DNA from: Candidatus Saccharimonadota bacterium
Lineage (GTDB): Archaea; Nanohalarchaeota; Nanosalinia; Nanosalinales; Nanosalinaceae
Length of the DNA stretch: 32,000 bases
Assembly: GCF_029232205.1 (NCBI RefSeq)
Contig: NZ_CP107255.1
Coordinates: forward strand, 90,001-122,000
Reading direction: 5' to 3'
Shown here: positions 6,637 to 15,411 of the stretch, piece by piece
How positions within the stretch are numbered: position 1 is the first letter of the stretch
Layout of the letters: every line of letters starts with the position of its first letter
Program-made: the position numbers and the translations under genes
Notes under the pieces: model-generated
Database searches by the model: none
Told to the model about the DNA's origin: nothing
The model's input: the letters and a program-made list of their open reading frames with translations, nothing else

Positions 6637-8379
6637 ATGCGGCCGGATAATGTAGTCGAAGTATCTTTTGAAGTAGCCAACAAAGTAGGCGGAATATACC
6701 AGGTCCTCAGCTCGAAGGCCGGGAAAATGCAGGATTTCTATGGTGACAACTATCTAACCATAGGTTACTACGATGAAGAAAAGGCCCGCGATGATTTCAT
6801 CGCAAGAGAATTTGAGGGGTTCGAATTCCTGGAAGAACTTGAAGAAGAAGGAATTAAATGCCATCTGGGAGTATGGAATATCTCCAGCTCACCAAGAACA
6901 ATACTAGTAGATCCTTCAGGGGTAGAGAAATCAGCCGATGAACTCAAAGAATATCTCTGGGAAGAATTTGAAATTGACTCCATGGAGGCAGGCCACGACT
7001 TTGACGAACCGCTCAAGTGGAGTTACGCAGTAGGCCGCATCCTACAGAAAATAGAGGAAAAATGGCAGGGAGAAACAGTTTTCCACTGCCACGAATGGCT
7101 TTCAGGCCCTGCAATGTTCGAACTTGACAGTCCGAAAGTTTTCACCACTCACGCAACGGTTCTAGGCCGCGCACTATCTGATTCAGACTATGATTTGGAG
7201 GCTGCTGTTGATAGAGGATATGTAGAAGATGAAAAGGCCAAAGAGTTCGGTGTTAACGCAAAGCACCAGGTTGAGAAAACTGCAGCTCAGGAAGCCGATG
7301 TATTCACAACAGTAAGTAAAAATACTGGAGAAGAGGCCACAGCGGTGCTTGGAACGGAACCTGACGTAATACTACCTAATGGATTCAACGTAGAGGACTT
7401 CCCAAGTCTAGAGGAGCTTTCCTACCAGCATAAGGAGAAGAAAGAGGAGATGAAGCAGTTCCTCAGAGCATACTTTGAGCCATACTACAGCGTGGACCTT
7501 GAAAGCGATCCAAGAATAATGTTTATCTCAGGCCGATACGAGTTCCACAACAAAGGCCTCGATCTCTTCGCCGATGCGCTCGCAGAGGTAAATGAGAAGG
7601 AGGGAGATGACTTCTTCGTATTCTTCTTCGTACCAAGCGATACCAGAGGCCCGAAGAGAGAAGTACTTGATAACATGGCGCTTTACGAGGAGCTTGAAGA
7701 TTATATTGACTCGGTGATTCCGAAGGTGAGAAATGAGCTGCTTGAATCGGTAACTGCTGGAGAGGATCCAGAAGGACTTGAAGACCTGGTTAACAGCGGC
7801 ACTCTTGAATCGCTTCAGAGGAACTTCCACGCTCGGAAATCGAAAGAAGCACCGCTCTGCGCCTTCGATTTGAACTATAATCACGATAATATTATCGAAA
7901 GGCTGAGAGAAAGAGGTATAACTAACAGCGAAGATGACAGAGTAAAGGTTATCTTCTACCCAACCTATCTGTCTGTGGGCGATAGACTTCTCTCAATGAG
8001 TTATAAAGATGCTATGGTGGCTTCAACAGCAGGAATATTCCCAAGCTACTATGAGCCATGGGGTTACACTCCTGTAGAAACAGCAGCAAATGGAGCCCTC
8101 TCAATAACAACAGATATGGCTGGATTTGGCCACTTCCTGATGGACAACACTTCTGAAGACGAAAGAAAAGGAATCAGGGTATTGAGAAGACAGAACTTCT
8201 CCGATGAAGAGGCTGCTCAAAGCTTGGCGGATATGATACAGGAAATCACGGAGTACTCTAAGACAGAGATAACTGAGAGGAAGCATAACGCCAGAAAACT
8301 TGCACAGATGACTTCGTGGGAGAAACTGGGAGAGAACTATCTTGAGGCACATAAGGAAGCGGTGAACAACCATCAATGA
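6637..8379 (+). CDS. Glycogen synthase, GT3 (eukaryote-like) family
   Basis: ORF from TTG 6601 trimmed to ATG 6637 (MRPDNVVEVSFEVANKVGGIYQVL). EVANKVGGIY and FPSYYEPWGYTPVE closely match the signature blocks I recall from animal/fungal glycogen synthases. Confidence 0.85.
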   Translation: MRPDNVVEVSFEVANKVGGIYQVLSSKAGKMQDFYGDNYLTIGYYDEEKARDDFIAREFEGFEFLEELEEEGIKCHLGVWNISSSPRTILVDPSGVEKSADELKEYLWEEFEIDSMEAGHDFDEPLKWSYAVGRILQKIEEKWQGETVFHCHEWLSGPAMFELDSPKVFTTHATVLGRALSDSDYDLEAAVDRGYVEDEKAKEFGVNAKHQVEKTAAQEADVFTTVSKNTGEEATAVLGTEPDVILPNGFNVEDFPSLEELSYQHKEKKEEMKQFLRAYFEPYYSVDLESDPRIMFISGRYEFHNKGLDLFADALAEVNEKEGDDFFVFFFVPSDTRGPKREVLDNMALYEELEDYIDSVIPKVRNELLESVTAGEDPEGLEDLVNSGTLESLQRNFHARKSKEAPLCAFDLNYNHDNIIERLRERGITNSEDDRVKVIFYPTYLSVGDRLLSMSYKDAMVASTAGIFPSYYEPWGYTPVETAANGALSITTDMAGFGHFLMDNTSEDERKGIRVLRRQNFSDEEAAQSLADMIQEITEYSKTEITERKHNARKLAQMTSWEKLGENYLEAHKEAVNNHQ

Positions 8380-9539
8380 GCCTGGAGCTAGAAATAGACA
8401 ATCTAGACATAAAAGAAACACGAAAATACGCTGAAATCGAAAATCCTCCTTTCTCACAAATTAAACCCGATATAGATGAAATAAAGGCCTCAGCAGAAGA
8501 AGTTGACTGCCAAAGCCTTGTTGTAATCGGCAATGGAGGATCTATAACATCTTTCAGGGCCCTATACTATTCTTTCATAGATGAAGTCGATATCGATGTT
8601 CATCTTGTGACCACTCAGGAACCTGACTACCTCAGAAGAGTGGTCTCAGCAACAGATTCTGAGAACACACTGGTAATGCCGATAAGCAAGTCTGGAAATA
8701 CAACTAGCGTACTTGAATCGCTTCTATACTTCATTAAAAGAGATTATCCTGTATTTGCAGTAACATCTGACAACAACGGAGCACTCAAGAATATAGTTGA
8801 AAGAAAAGGATACAACTGGATAGAACACAAAGATGTGGGAGGAAGATTCTCGGGCCTTACAGAAACTGCTTTAATGCCGGCAGCTATCTGCGGAATAGAT
8901 ATTGAAGAAGTGAGAGCAGGCGGCGAGGAAATATATCAAAAATTCAATAAAAGCCCGAACGCAGCCTGGAAACTTGCAGAGGCCTTTCACTCGGCTGAAA
9001 GAGAAGGATTCGATCAAATACTAACTCCTTTCTATACTACAAGGCTTTTCGGTTTCTATCCATTGACAGTACAGCTAATGCATGAAACAGTTTGCAAAGA
9101 AGGAGAGGGCCAGTCAGTATTTGGAGATCTAGGCCCTGAATACCAGCATCATACAAATCAGAGACTTTTCGGTGGAGAAGAAGATATCATACCGTTCTTC
9201 ATAAGATCAAAGGCCCACGAAAAGGAAAGGCTTGATGTTCCAGAAGATTTAACCGATATAGATTTGAGAGGCCGTGATTTAGGAGATCTGGATGGAGAAA
9301 GCTACGGCTTCGCAGTTGACTCTGAGTTTAGAGGAGTTGAACTAGCGCTAGATGAAGAAGAAAGACCTTACTCAGTCCTCTCTATAAACAGTGTGGGTTA
9401 CAGAAGTGTAGGCCGTCTGATGGCCTTCCTTCAGTATCTTGCTGTTTATTCAGCTGAAATCAGAGACGTAGATCCTTACAGTCAGCCTGATGTGGAGAAA
9501 AGCAAGAAAATGGGTTTCAAGAGGAGGTTTGACAGGTGA
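8376..9539 (+). CDS. pgi: Glucose-6-phosphate isomerase (short PGI-family, SIS domains)
   Basis: 387 aa. VVIGNGGSITSFRAL, PISKSGNTTSVLES, VGGRFSGLTETALMPAA. The ATG overlaps the glycogen synthase stop (ATGA). Confidence 0.8.
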   Translation: MSLELEIDNLDIKETRKYAEIENPPFSQIKPDIDEIKASAEEVDCQSLVVIGNGGSITSFRALYYSFIDEVDIDVHLVTTQEPDYLRRVVSATDSENTLVMPISKSGNTTSVLESLLYFIKRDYPVFAVTSDNNGALKNIVERKGYNWIEHKDVGGRFSGLTETALMPAAICGIDIEEVRAGGEEIYQKFNKSPNAAWKLAEAFHSAEREGFDQILTPFYTTRLFGFYPLTVQLMHETVCKEGEGQSVFGDLGPEYQHHTNQRLFGGEEDIIPFFIRSKAHEKERLDVPEDLTDIDLRGRDLGDLDGESYGFAVDSEFRGVELALDEEERPYSVLSINSVGYRSVGRLMAFLQYLAVYSAEIRDVDPYSQPDVEKSKKMGFKRRFDR

Positions 9540-10147
9540 AAGTTCTTTTTCTGGCAAAAGAGTTCAGAGATGGGGAAGGAGTTTCTGAGTATATCAAAAA
9601 TCTTTCAGAATATCTGGTGAGCAACGGTCATGAGGCCACGATCGTATCTTTTGATGATATGGCCGAGTATCACATAGATGAGCGTGTAAGGGTGCAGAAA
9701 GTGCCGCTACCTTTTGAAGGAGATAATATCTATAGCTGGGCCATGATGATGAACAACGAGTTGAAGAACAGGGCGCGTGAAATAATTGAAGCAGATGACT
9801 ACGATATAGTTCACTGCAACGACTGGAGCACGATCCCTGGAGGAGTATCCCTGAAGAAGCATCTTGAACTGCCTCTTGCAGTGACTATCCACTCAACTGA
9901 GAATGAGAGAGGCTTTGAAGGAGATCACGCGGAACTGATCTCTGAGCTGGAGTGGCAGGGAACTTTCGAAGCTGACAGGGTATTTGTAACGAAGGAAGAT
10001 ACCAAAAACTCGGTTTTATTTGACTTAGACGTGCCAGGCGAAAAACTAAAGGCGGTTGACCCCTACAGCCCGGAATGGCAGTCAAGGATTTTAAACACGT
10101 ACAAAGAAATAGTTAAACAAGAGGAAAAAGTTATTCAGGAGACATAG
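9536..10147 (+). CDS. Stand-alone N-terminal-half glycosyltransferase paralogue (GT-B N-domain only)
   Basis: 203 aa. The GTG start overlaps the PGI stop (GTGA). It aligns by eye along its whole length to residues 1 to about 190 of the next gene (HCNDW/HAHDW; TIHSTENERG/TVHSTQEGRDG; ELEWQGTFEA/NLEWYGTYEA) and stops at the inter-domain boundary. The KxGG-like motif is absent. Confidence 0.6.
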   Translation: MKVLFLAKEFRDGEGVSEYIKNLSEYLVSNGHEATIVSFDDMAEYHIDERVRVQKVPLPFEGDNIYSWAMMMNNELKNRAREIIEADDYDIVHCNDWSTIPGGVSLKKHLELPLAVTIHSTENERGFEGDHAELISELEWQGTFEADRVFVTKEDTKNSVLFDLDVPGEKLKAVDPYSPEWQSRILNTYKEIVKQEEKVIQET

Positions 10148-10153
10148 TATAAT

Positions 10154-11296
10154 ATGAGGCCTTTATTTATCACCTGGGAATATCCGCCTTACAAGGCGGG
10201 AGGGATAGCCGCTCACTGTGAGGATCTAGCTACAACTATGGCTGCCCAGGGACACGAACCTGTAGTTCTTACGTACGGCGAAAGAGAAGAATCAGAGTAC
10301 AGAGATGGTGTAGAGATTCGTCGAGTGCCCGCAACTGATGCCGCCAGTGATACAATTTCCTGGGCGATGCATCTAGGCCACCAGATGGAGAAAAAGGCCA
10401 TTGAACTGAACAAACAGAAAAACTTTGATCTTGTCCATGCACATGACTGGATGGCCGTTCCTGGCGCTACAGGTATCAAGAAGACTTTAGGCCTTCCAAT
10501 GGTTTTTACTGTTCACTCCACTCAGGAAGGGAGAGATGGCAGAGATTCCAAGTATCAGGAGACAATCCATAATCTGGAATGGTATGGGACTTATGAGGCC
10601 TCACAGGTCATCACGGTTGGTAGAGAGTTCTCTGAAGAGGTTAAACATCTTTATGAGGTCCCTGAGAACAAGATAAACTATATACCGAACGGTGTTGATC
10701 TTGAAAAGTTCGATTCTCATTCTCATTCTATAAACCATAATGATTACGCCCTTGACTGGGAGAAAATTGTTCTATTCGTAGGCCGGATGTATCCACAGAA
10801 AGGCCCAGGCCATCTTATCGAGGCCATGCCGCAGATCACCAATCAATACGAAGAGGCCAAGTTCGTTATGTGTGGGAGCGGCGCAACACAGTACTACAAG
10901 GATATGGCCAAGTCAAAGATGGGCGACAAGGTACACTTCCCAGGCTATGTTTCGGATAAAGAACTTCTAGGCCTTATGAAGCATGCTGAGATGATGGTGA
11001 CTCCAAGTGTTTACGAGCCGTTTGGAATTGTACCTCTAGAAGCTGCTGCATCAAATACAATGACTGTAGGAAGTTACGTGGGCGGTATGAAAGATACTAT
11101 TGTCCACGAGTATACAGGCCTTCACTCTTACCCTGCTGATCCTAACTCGATCGCTCACCAGGTCAACAGGGCGCTGGAGGATCCTGGCTGGAATGACTGG
11201 ATGGGAGACAATGCCCGTGAACGTGTGGAGGAGAACTTCCAGTGGGAGCAGATTACGGCCTGGACTACAGGAATATATCAGGACGCTCTAAGATAA
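10154..11296 (+). CDS. GT4/GT5-type alpha-glucan (glycogen) synthase-like glycosyltransferase
   Basis: 380 aa. N-terminal YKAGGIAAH (KxGG-like), HAHDW, and C-terminal EPFGIVPLEAAASNT (E-x7-E). Confidence 0.8.
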   Translation: MRPLFITWEYPPYKAGGIAAHCEDLATTMAAQGHEPVVLTYGEREESEYRDGVEIRRVPATDAASDTISWAMHLGHQMEKKAIELNKQKNFDLVHAHDWMAVPGATGIKKTLGLPMVFTVHSTQEGRDGRDSKYQETIHNLEWYGTYEASQVITVGREFSEEVKHLYEVPENKINYIPNGVDLEKFDSHSHSINHNDYALDWEKIVLFVGRMYPQKGPGHLIEAMPQITNQYEEAKFVMCGSGATQYYKDMAKSKMGDKVHFPGYVSDKELLGLMKHAEMMVTPSVYEPFGIVPLEAAASNTMTVGSYVGGMKDTIVHEYTGLHSYPADPNSIAHQVNRALEDPGWNDWMGDNARERVEENFQWEQITAWTTGIYQDALR

Positions 11297-11302
11297 AAAT
11301 TT

Positions 11303-12007
11303 CTAAAGATTTTCAAGCCAGCTGAACATCATATCCTGAATCTTTTTCTCGGCCTCATCGCTTACAGAGTGCTTCTCACCTTTCAACTTGTACAGCATGG
11401 CCTCTCCATCAAAACTTTCTACAGCCTCCGAAGAGTTCTCAAAATGCACTGTGGTGTCGGCGCTACCATGGAAGATCGCAAAGGGAATATCAAGCTCTTC
11501 AAGAGTTTCTTCAAAGCTGTATTCGTCCAGATCATCGTAAAATCCAGGGATTATCGATTTATCCTCGAACAAGGTGAAACTACCTTTCTCCATCACGGCC
11601 TCACGAAACTTCTCCATAATACGGTTATAAGTAACTGGAGACTTTCCTATAACGGCCTCAGCATCCAGCGCCTTTGCTGAATGGAAAACTACTTTCCCAC
11701 CGAAGCTCATACCGAACAGGAAGACTCTTTCAGGATCGAAATACTCTACACAGGCCTTCAGATCAGCTATTTTATCGCTTAAGAACTGCTGTTCGAATTC
11801 TCCATCGCTTTCTCCGTTTCCACGGAAGTCAAGTCTTACTGCGTTAAATCCCTCTTCTGAGGCTCTGACTGCTCTTTCTCTGTAGCTGCCTTTCTTGTTG
11901 GATCCAAAGCCGTGGCAGAAGAAAATCCACTTTTCAGAGTTGGCCTCGTGATGTACTGCTGAAATTTTCTCTCCGTCCTCAACTTCGATGAAGTGTTTCT
12001 CGCTCAT
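11303..12007 (-). CDS. Alpha/beta-fold hydrolase (esterase/lipase-like)
   Basis: ORF 11303..12097 trimmed to ATG 12007 (MSEKHFIEVEDG...). HGFGSNKKG oxyanion region, GMSFGG nucleophile elbow, FHGSADTTV, late His (GEKHS). Confidence 0.7.
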   Translation of the reverse strand: MSEKHFIEVEDGEKISAVHHEANSEKWIFFCHGFGSNKKGSYRERAVRASEEGFNAVRLDFRGNGESDGEFEQQFLSDKIADLKACVEYFDPERVFLFGMSFGGKVVFHSAKALDAEAVIGKSPVTYNRIMEKFREAVMEKGSFTLFEDKSIIPGFYDDLDEYSFEETLEELDIPFAIFHGSADTTVHFENSSEAVESFDGEAMLYKLKGEKHSVSDEAEKKIQDMMFSWLENL

Positions 12008-12030
12008 AACTGTAGTTTTCCTGTTCAGGA

Positions 12031-12038
12031 TTTTATAT
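12031..12038. promoter_or_regulatory. Single AT-rich TATA-like box (TTTTATAT) between divergent starts 12007 and 12060
   Basis: It lies 23 nt from the minus-strand ATG and 21 nt from the plus-strand ATG, in a 52-nt spacer. Confidence 0.35.
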
Positions 12039-12059
12039 CTCGAATAATAATTCTTTGCT

Positions 12060-12815
12060 ATGGTCGACAAAAACCAGGCGAAAAAAGAAATGATCAAGGC
12101 CGCAGAACCCTACGAAGGATACTGGGAGGACTCATACGACTATGTTTTCTCAGTTATGCAGCAGCACTTCCAGAACGGCCCTGGCGAAAAAATGCTGGAG
12201 CTTGGCTGCGGAAGAGGAGAGTTCATAGACAGATATGCAGAATACTTCGAACACATTATCGCTGTAGAGAAAGATCCTAAAAGCAGAGATCAGGCGATGG
12301 AAAAGGCCTACTGGAATGATATAGAGAATATAGAGTTTCTAGGCGATCCAGCGAACGAGGACGGCCTTGATACTGAAAGCTTTGACTTTATCCTCCTGGG
12401 TCAGTCTCTTCAGTATATGCCGGAAGATGATTTCGAGGAGACAATGGAGAAATCGGTGGAGCTCTTGAAAAAAGGAGGCAGAGTAGCTATAATCGTGCCT
12501 CATCGAAAACCAGGCCAGGAAATATACACACAGATATATGCAGATGAGAAAGGAGAATACGTATCTGAAAAAATTGATTCCGAGGCCTTCAATGACCTTG
12601 CAGCTGTCAACAGAGGACCATTGGCGATGAAAAGATTTTCAATCCAGGATTTCCAGAATTTCGAAAGTCTTAATCTCGTTGAGGCCCGTGTCTTCCACGA
12701 TGTTCTCCTGCCCTCCTATTTTGACAGGTTTCTACCACGTGACAGGATCATCAATCTGCCGTTCCTGAAGAAGTATTTCGGTTCTCGCCTGATGCTTGTA
12801 CTGGAGAAGGCCTGA
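12060..12815 (+). CDS. Class I SAM-dependent methyltransferase
   Basis: 251 aa. Motif I LELGCGRGEF, acidic post-I (AVEKD), LLKKGGRVAII. Confidence 0.75.
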   Translation: MVDKNQAKKEMIKAAEPYEGYWEDSYDYVFSVMQQHFQNGPGEKMLELGCGRGEFIDRYAEYFEHIIAVEKDPKSRDQAMEKAYWNDIENIEFLGDPANEDGLDTESFDFILLGQSLQYMPEDDFEETMEKSVELLKKGGRVAIIVPHRKPGQEIYTQIYADEKGEYVSEKIDSEAFNDLAAVNRGPLAMKRFSIQDFQNFESLNLVEARVFHDVLLPSYFDRFLPRDRIINLPFLKKYFGSRLMLVLEKA

Positions 12816-12816
12816 T

Positions 12817-14031
12817 CTACTCGTTCAGTTTTTTCTCTACCTGTCGCTGGAAGTCCATGATGTGTTCTGTTATCACGGCGAATCCCTGGTGTGGATGGTC
12901 GAAGTACGAGAAGTAGTTGTGCACAGATCCGTCCTCCATGCTTTTTGTCGCGATATGATGCAGGTGATCTGAAGTAAGGAATTTTCTCCAGACATCCAGT
13001 ACTTCTGGATCATCAAGCTCCTTGACTCTTTCCTCCAGGTCCTGAAGTTTTTCGAAAAGCATTTTCTGCATCGGGTTACCTAGCCAGGCACTGGCGTCCA
13101 TCTCCTGATCGGCCCAGGAAACAGTATTGTATTCAAATGCGTCAAATTCGCCGACAGGATCTTTCTGAGCTACTTCACGGACCTTCTTGAATTTAAGGCC
13201 TTCACGCCCCGCTATTTCATGTGGAAGATCTTCAAGGAACCACAGAATGCCTGTTCCTTCCCAGTGGTGTTCTCCAAATGTTTCATAGTCCATGAAAAGA
13301 TTGATCATATCTCCCTGGGCCTCATCAAGCCAGGCTGCATACTTGTCGGCGGTTAATGGGTACTCGCTCCACCAGTCAGCTGAGAATCTGTATCCTACGT
13401 CGTCGGTAAGTTTTCTGTTTCTAAGTAGTATATTGGTTTTTTCTCCGTCCATGAAGTCTGGCTGGGTGTATGCGTGGTTAGGTGAGCGCCATCCAAGTAT
13501 TCTACCAGCTCCTTCAGTAAATATTCCCTCGTAGCCTTCCTCGGCTGCAACTTTTCCAATATCATTATGGTAGATAAGCTCTGTATTTGTCATGACTTTA
13601 GGCCTTTTACCGAACTTTTCCTCAATAATATCTCTGTGCTTCTCCAGCTGCCATCTGAACTCTTCTTTATCGAAGAATAATCCTGCAAGAGAGTGGTAGT
13701 GGGCCTGACCGATGAAGTCGATTGAATCGTCCGGAAACTTGTTCAGCATGTCGATAAGTTCAGGGTGGTACTTCTCCGCCTGTTCAATCCAGGAGCTTGA
13801 GATGGAGAAGTTCACGACAAGTTCGTTTCCGGTTCCCTCAAGCTGTCTAGCGGCCCTGAGAAGTCTTTCGGTCGCAGGGAAGTAGCAGTTCTCGGCTACG
13901 TCCTTGAAGAAGTGTTCGTTCATTTCATCGTCAAAATATCTTTCGTAAAGGCTGTCTGCATCCTCTTTTACGCCGTCAATCCTCAGACGGTGAGGTTGGT
14001 GGACCTCGAATGAGAGGGTTAGATCTGTCAT
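12817..14031 (-). CDS. GH57-family alpha-glucan-active enzyme (alpha-amylase-like)
   Basis: 404 aa. N-terminal LSFEVHQPHRL, internal MDYETFGEHHW (GH57 region IV-like). The specificity (amylase vs transferase/branching) cannot be decided from sequence by eye. Confidence 0.75.
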   Translation of the reverse strand: MTDLTLSFEVHQPHRLRIDGVKEDADSLYERYFDDEMNEHFFKDVAENCYFPATERLLRAARQLEGTGNELVVNFSISSSWIEQAEKYHPELIDMLNKFPDDSIDFIGQAHYHSLAGLFFDKEEFRWQLEKHRDIIEEKFGKRPKVMTNTELIYHNDIGKVAAEEGYEGIFTEGAGRILGWRSPNHAYTQPDFMDGEKTNILLRNRKLTDDVGYRFSADWWSEYPLTADKYAAWLDEAQGDMINLFMDYETFGEHHWEGTGILWFLEDLPHEIAGREGLKFKKVREVAQKDPVGEFDAFEYNTVSWADQEMDASAWLGNPMQKMLFEKLQDLEERVKELDDPEVLDVWRKFLTSDHLHHIATKSMEDGSVHNYFSYFDHPHQGFAVITEHIMDFQRQVEKKLNE

Positions 14032-14100
14032 AAAAGAAATTTCTTTGGCTGATTTAAATCGGCCACGGTCGTTAAAAACTGTCGTGAAGAATTAGTTTTT

Positions 14101-14328
14101 ATGGACGTCCAAACATCAGAAACAGAGGAAGGCCTACAGATCGACGTCTATACCGATCAAAAAGCAGCAATAGTAGTTAGAGATCCTGAAGAAAGAATTT
14201 ACTTGCCTGAAAATGCTTCAGAAGCAGAAACTTATTATACTGAGGATTATCAAGGCCTTGTAAAGACTGATTTCGGCTACAGACTGCTGCACAAGGGCGA
14301 AATATCTGATTTCAAGGTTCTAGCCTAG
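14101..14328 (+). CDS. Small acidic hypothetical protein (75 aa)
   Basis: ATG-initiated ORF in an otherwise unexplained gap, with acidic composition like its neighbours and an A-rich box about 27 nt upstream. I recognise no family. Confidence 0.4.
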   Translation: MDVQTSETEEGLQIDVYTDQKAAIVVRDPEERIYLPENASEAETYYTEDYQGLVKTDFGYRLLHKGEISDFKVLA

Positions 14329-15360
14329 ATTTCTGTAAATATCGATAGTTTCTTCCGCTACTTCCTCCCAGCTACGACCTTCTACGCCTTTAATCTCCTT
14401 CTTCAGGGCCTCATGTATGCCCTCTGAGATATCCTTGGAGTCAGGCCTTACCTTGATTAACGTGTTGTCTGGCAGTATTTCCTCTGCACCGTTTTCAGCA
14501 GCTACTACGGGCGTCTGATGTTCTAAAGCTTCTGTGATTGTCAGGCCGAACGGCTCGTTGATGGAGGGTGATACAAAGACGTCTGCAGAACTGTAGTAGT
14601 CGCCCAGTTCTTCATCAGGTATGAAACCGGGGAATATTACGTTTTCACTTATTCCAAGTATTTCTGCAAAGTCTTCCAGCGATTCTCTCATGTGGCCGTC
14701 GCCTCCCAAAACCAGGACTCCTCCCCCATTTTCCAGGAATTTCTTGAATCCGTAGAGCAGGTGTTCAAGGCCTTTCTGTTCTGCGTGACGCCCGACGAAG
14801 AAGATCATGTTTGTGTCGATACCCAGCTCTTTTTTGACGTCTTTTCCTGTGCTTTTTTTGCTGGAGAATCCGTTGTGGACGACTTTTGCTGTCTGCCCGA
14901 ACTCTGATTTTATTTCATCTGCGAGCTTGTTGCTTACCGCGATTAATGCGTCTGATTTCTCTGCGGCAGCTCTTTCAAGTTTGAGGCCTTCCTCATTTGT
15001 TGTCCTCGATCTCTGGCTGCTGAGAGAGTGCAGAGTTGAAACCCATTTGACCTCTGAGTATTTCTTGGCTTTTAGTCCGGCCTCGCTTCCAAACCAGTCA
15101 TGTGTATGCACTATATCGTATTCTGAGGCCTTTTTTGCTATCTGTGAGGAGAATTCTCTTGACATTGGCAGTATATGGTCTGCGTTACTTTCCAGAGCTA
15201 TGATGTCCTCCATTGCTGGCGCGTACTGTTCTGGTAGGGCCAGATCGACGTCGACTCCTTTCTTACGTAGTTCTTCGAAAAGGTGTGCTACGTGTATGTC
15301 GAGGCCTCCTTCGATGTTTGGAGGGAATCCCCATCCCAGCATCAAGATTTTCTTGTCCAC
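14320..15360 (-). CDS. GT4-family glycosyltransferase
   Basis: 346 aa, GTG start (MDKKILMLGWGFPP). EGGLDIHV, HTHDW, NEPFGLTITEALEHQTPVV (E-x7-E). TTTTATTT lies about 28 nt upstream. Confidence 0.8.
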   Translation of the reverse strand: MDKKILMLGWGFPPNIEGGLDIHVAHLFEELRKKGVDVDLALPEQYAPAMEDIIALESNADHILPMSREFSSQIAKKASEYDIVHTHDWFGSEAGLKAKKYSEVKWVSTLHSLSSQRSRTTNEEGLKLERAAAEKSDALIAVSNKLADEIKSEFGQTAKVVHNGFSSKKSTGKDVKKELGIDTNMIFFVGRHAEQKGLEHLLYGFKKFLENGGGVLVLGGDGHMRESLEDFAEILGISENVIFPGFIPDEELGDYYSSADVFVSPSINEPFGLTITEALEHQTPVVAAENGAEEILPDNTLIKVRPDSKDISEGIHEALKKEIKGVEGRSWEEVAEETIDIYRNLG

Positions 15361-15411
15361 AGTTCAGAAATTATAGATGAGAAATAAAATAGGGGAAGGT
15401 AGGAAGAATTT

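Noticed and set aside
6531-6683. Longer starts for the divergent pair (GDE from 6683 or 6569; glycogen synthase from TTG 6601)
   Set aside because: The extensions would overlap each other and run through both TATA-like boxes. The extended peptides (e.g. MLATSKDTSTTLSGRILNKFFLL) are basic and hydrophobic, unlike the rest of the proteins. ATG 6530 and ATG 6637 sit at leaderless spacing from the boxes.
14807-15376. 189-aa plus-strand ORF antisense to the GT4 gene
   Set aside because: Shadow ORF with low-complexity Ser/Leu/Phe composition. The minus-strand gene carries clear GT4 motifs.
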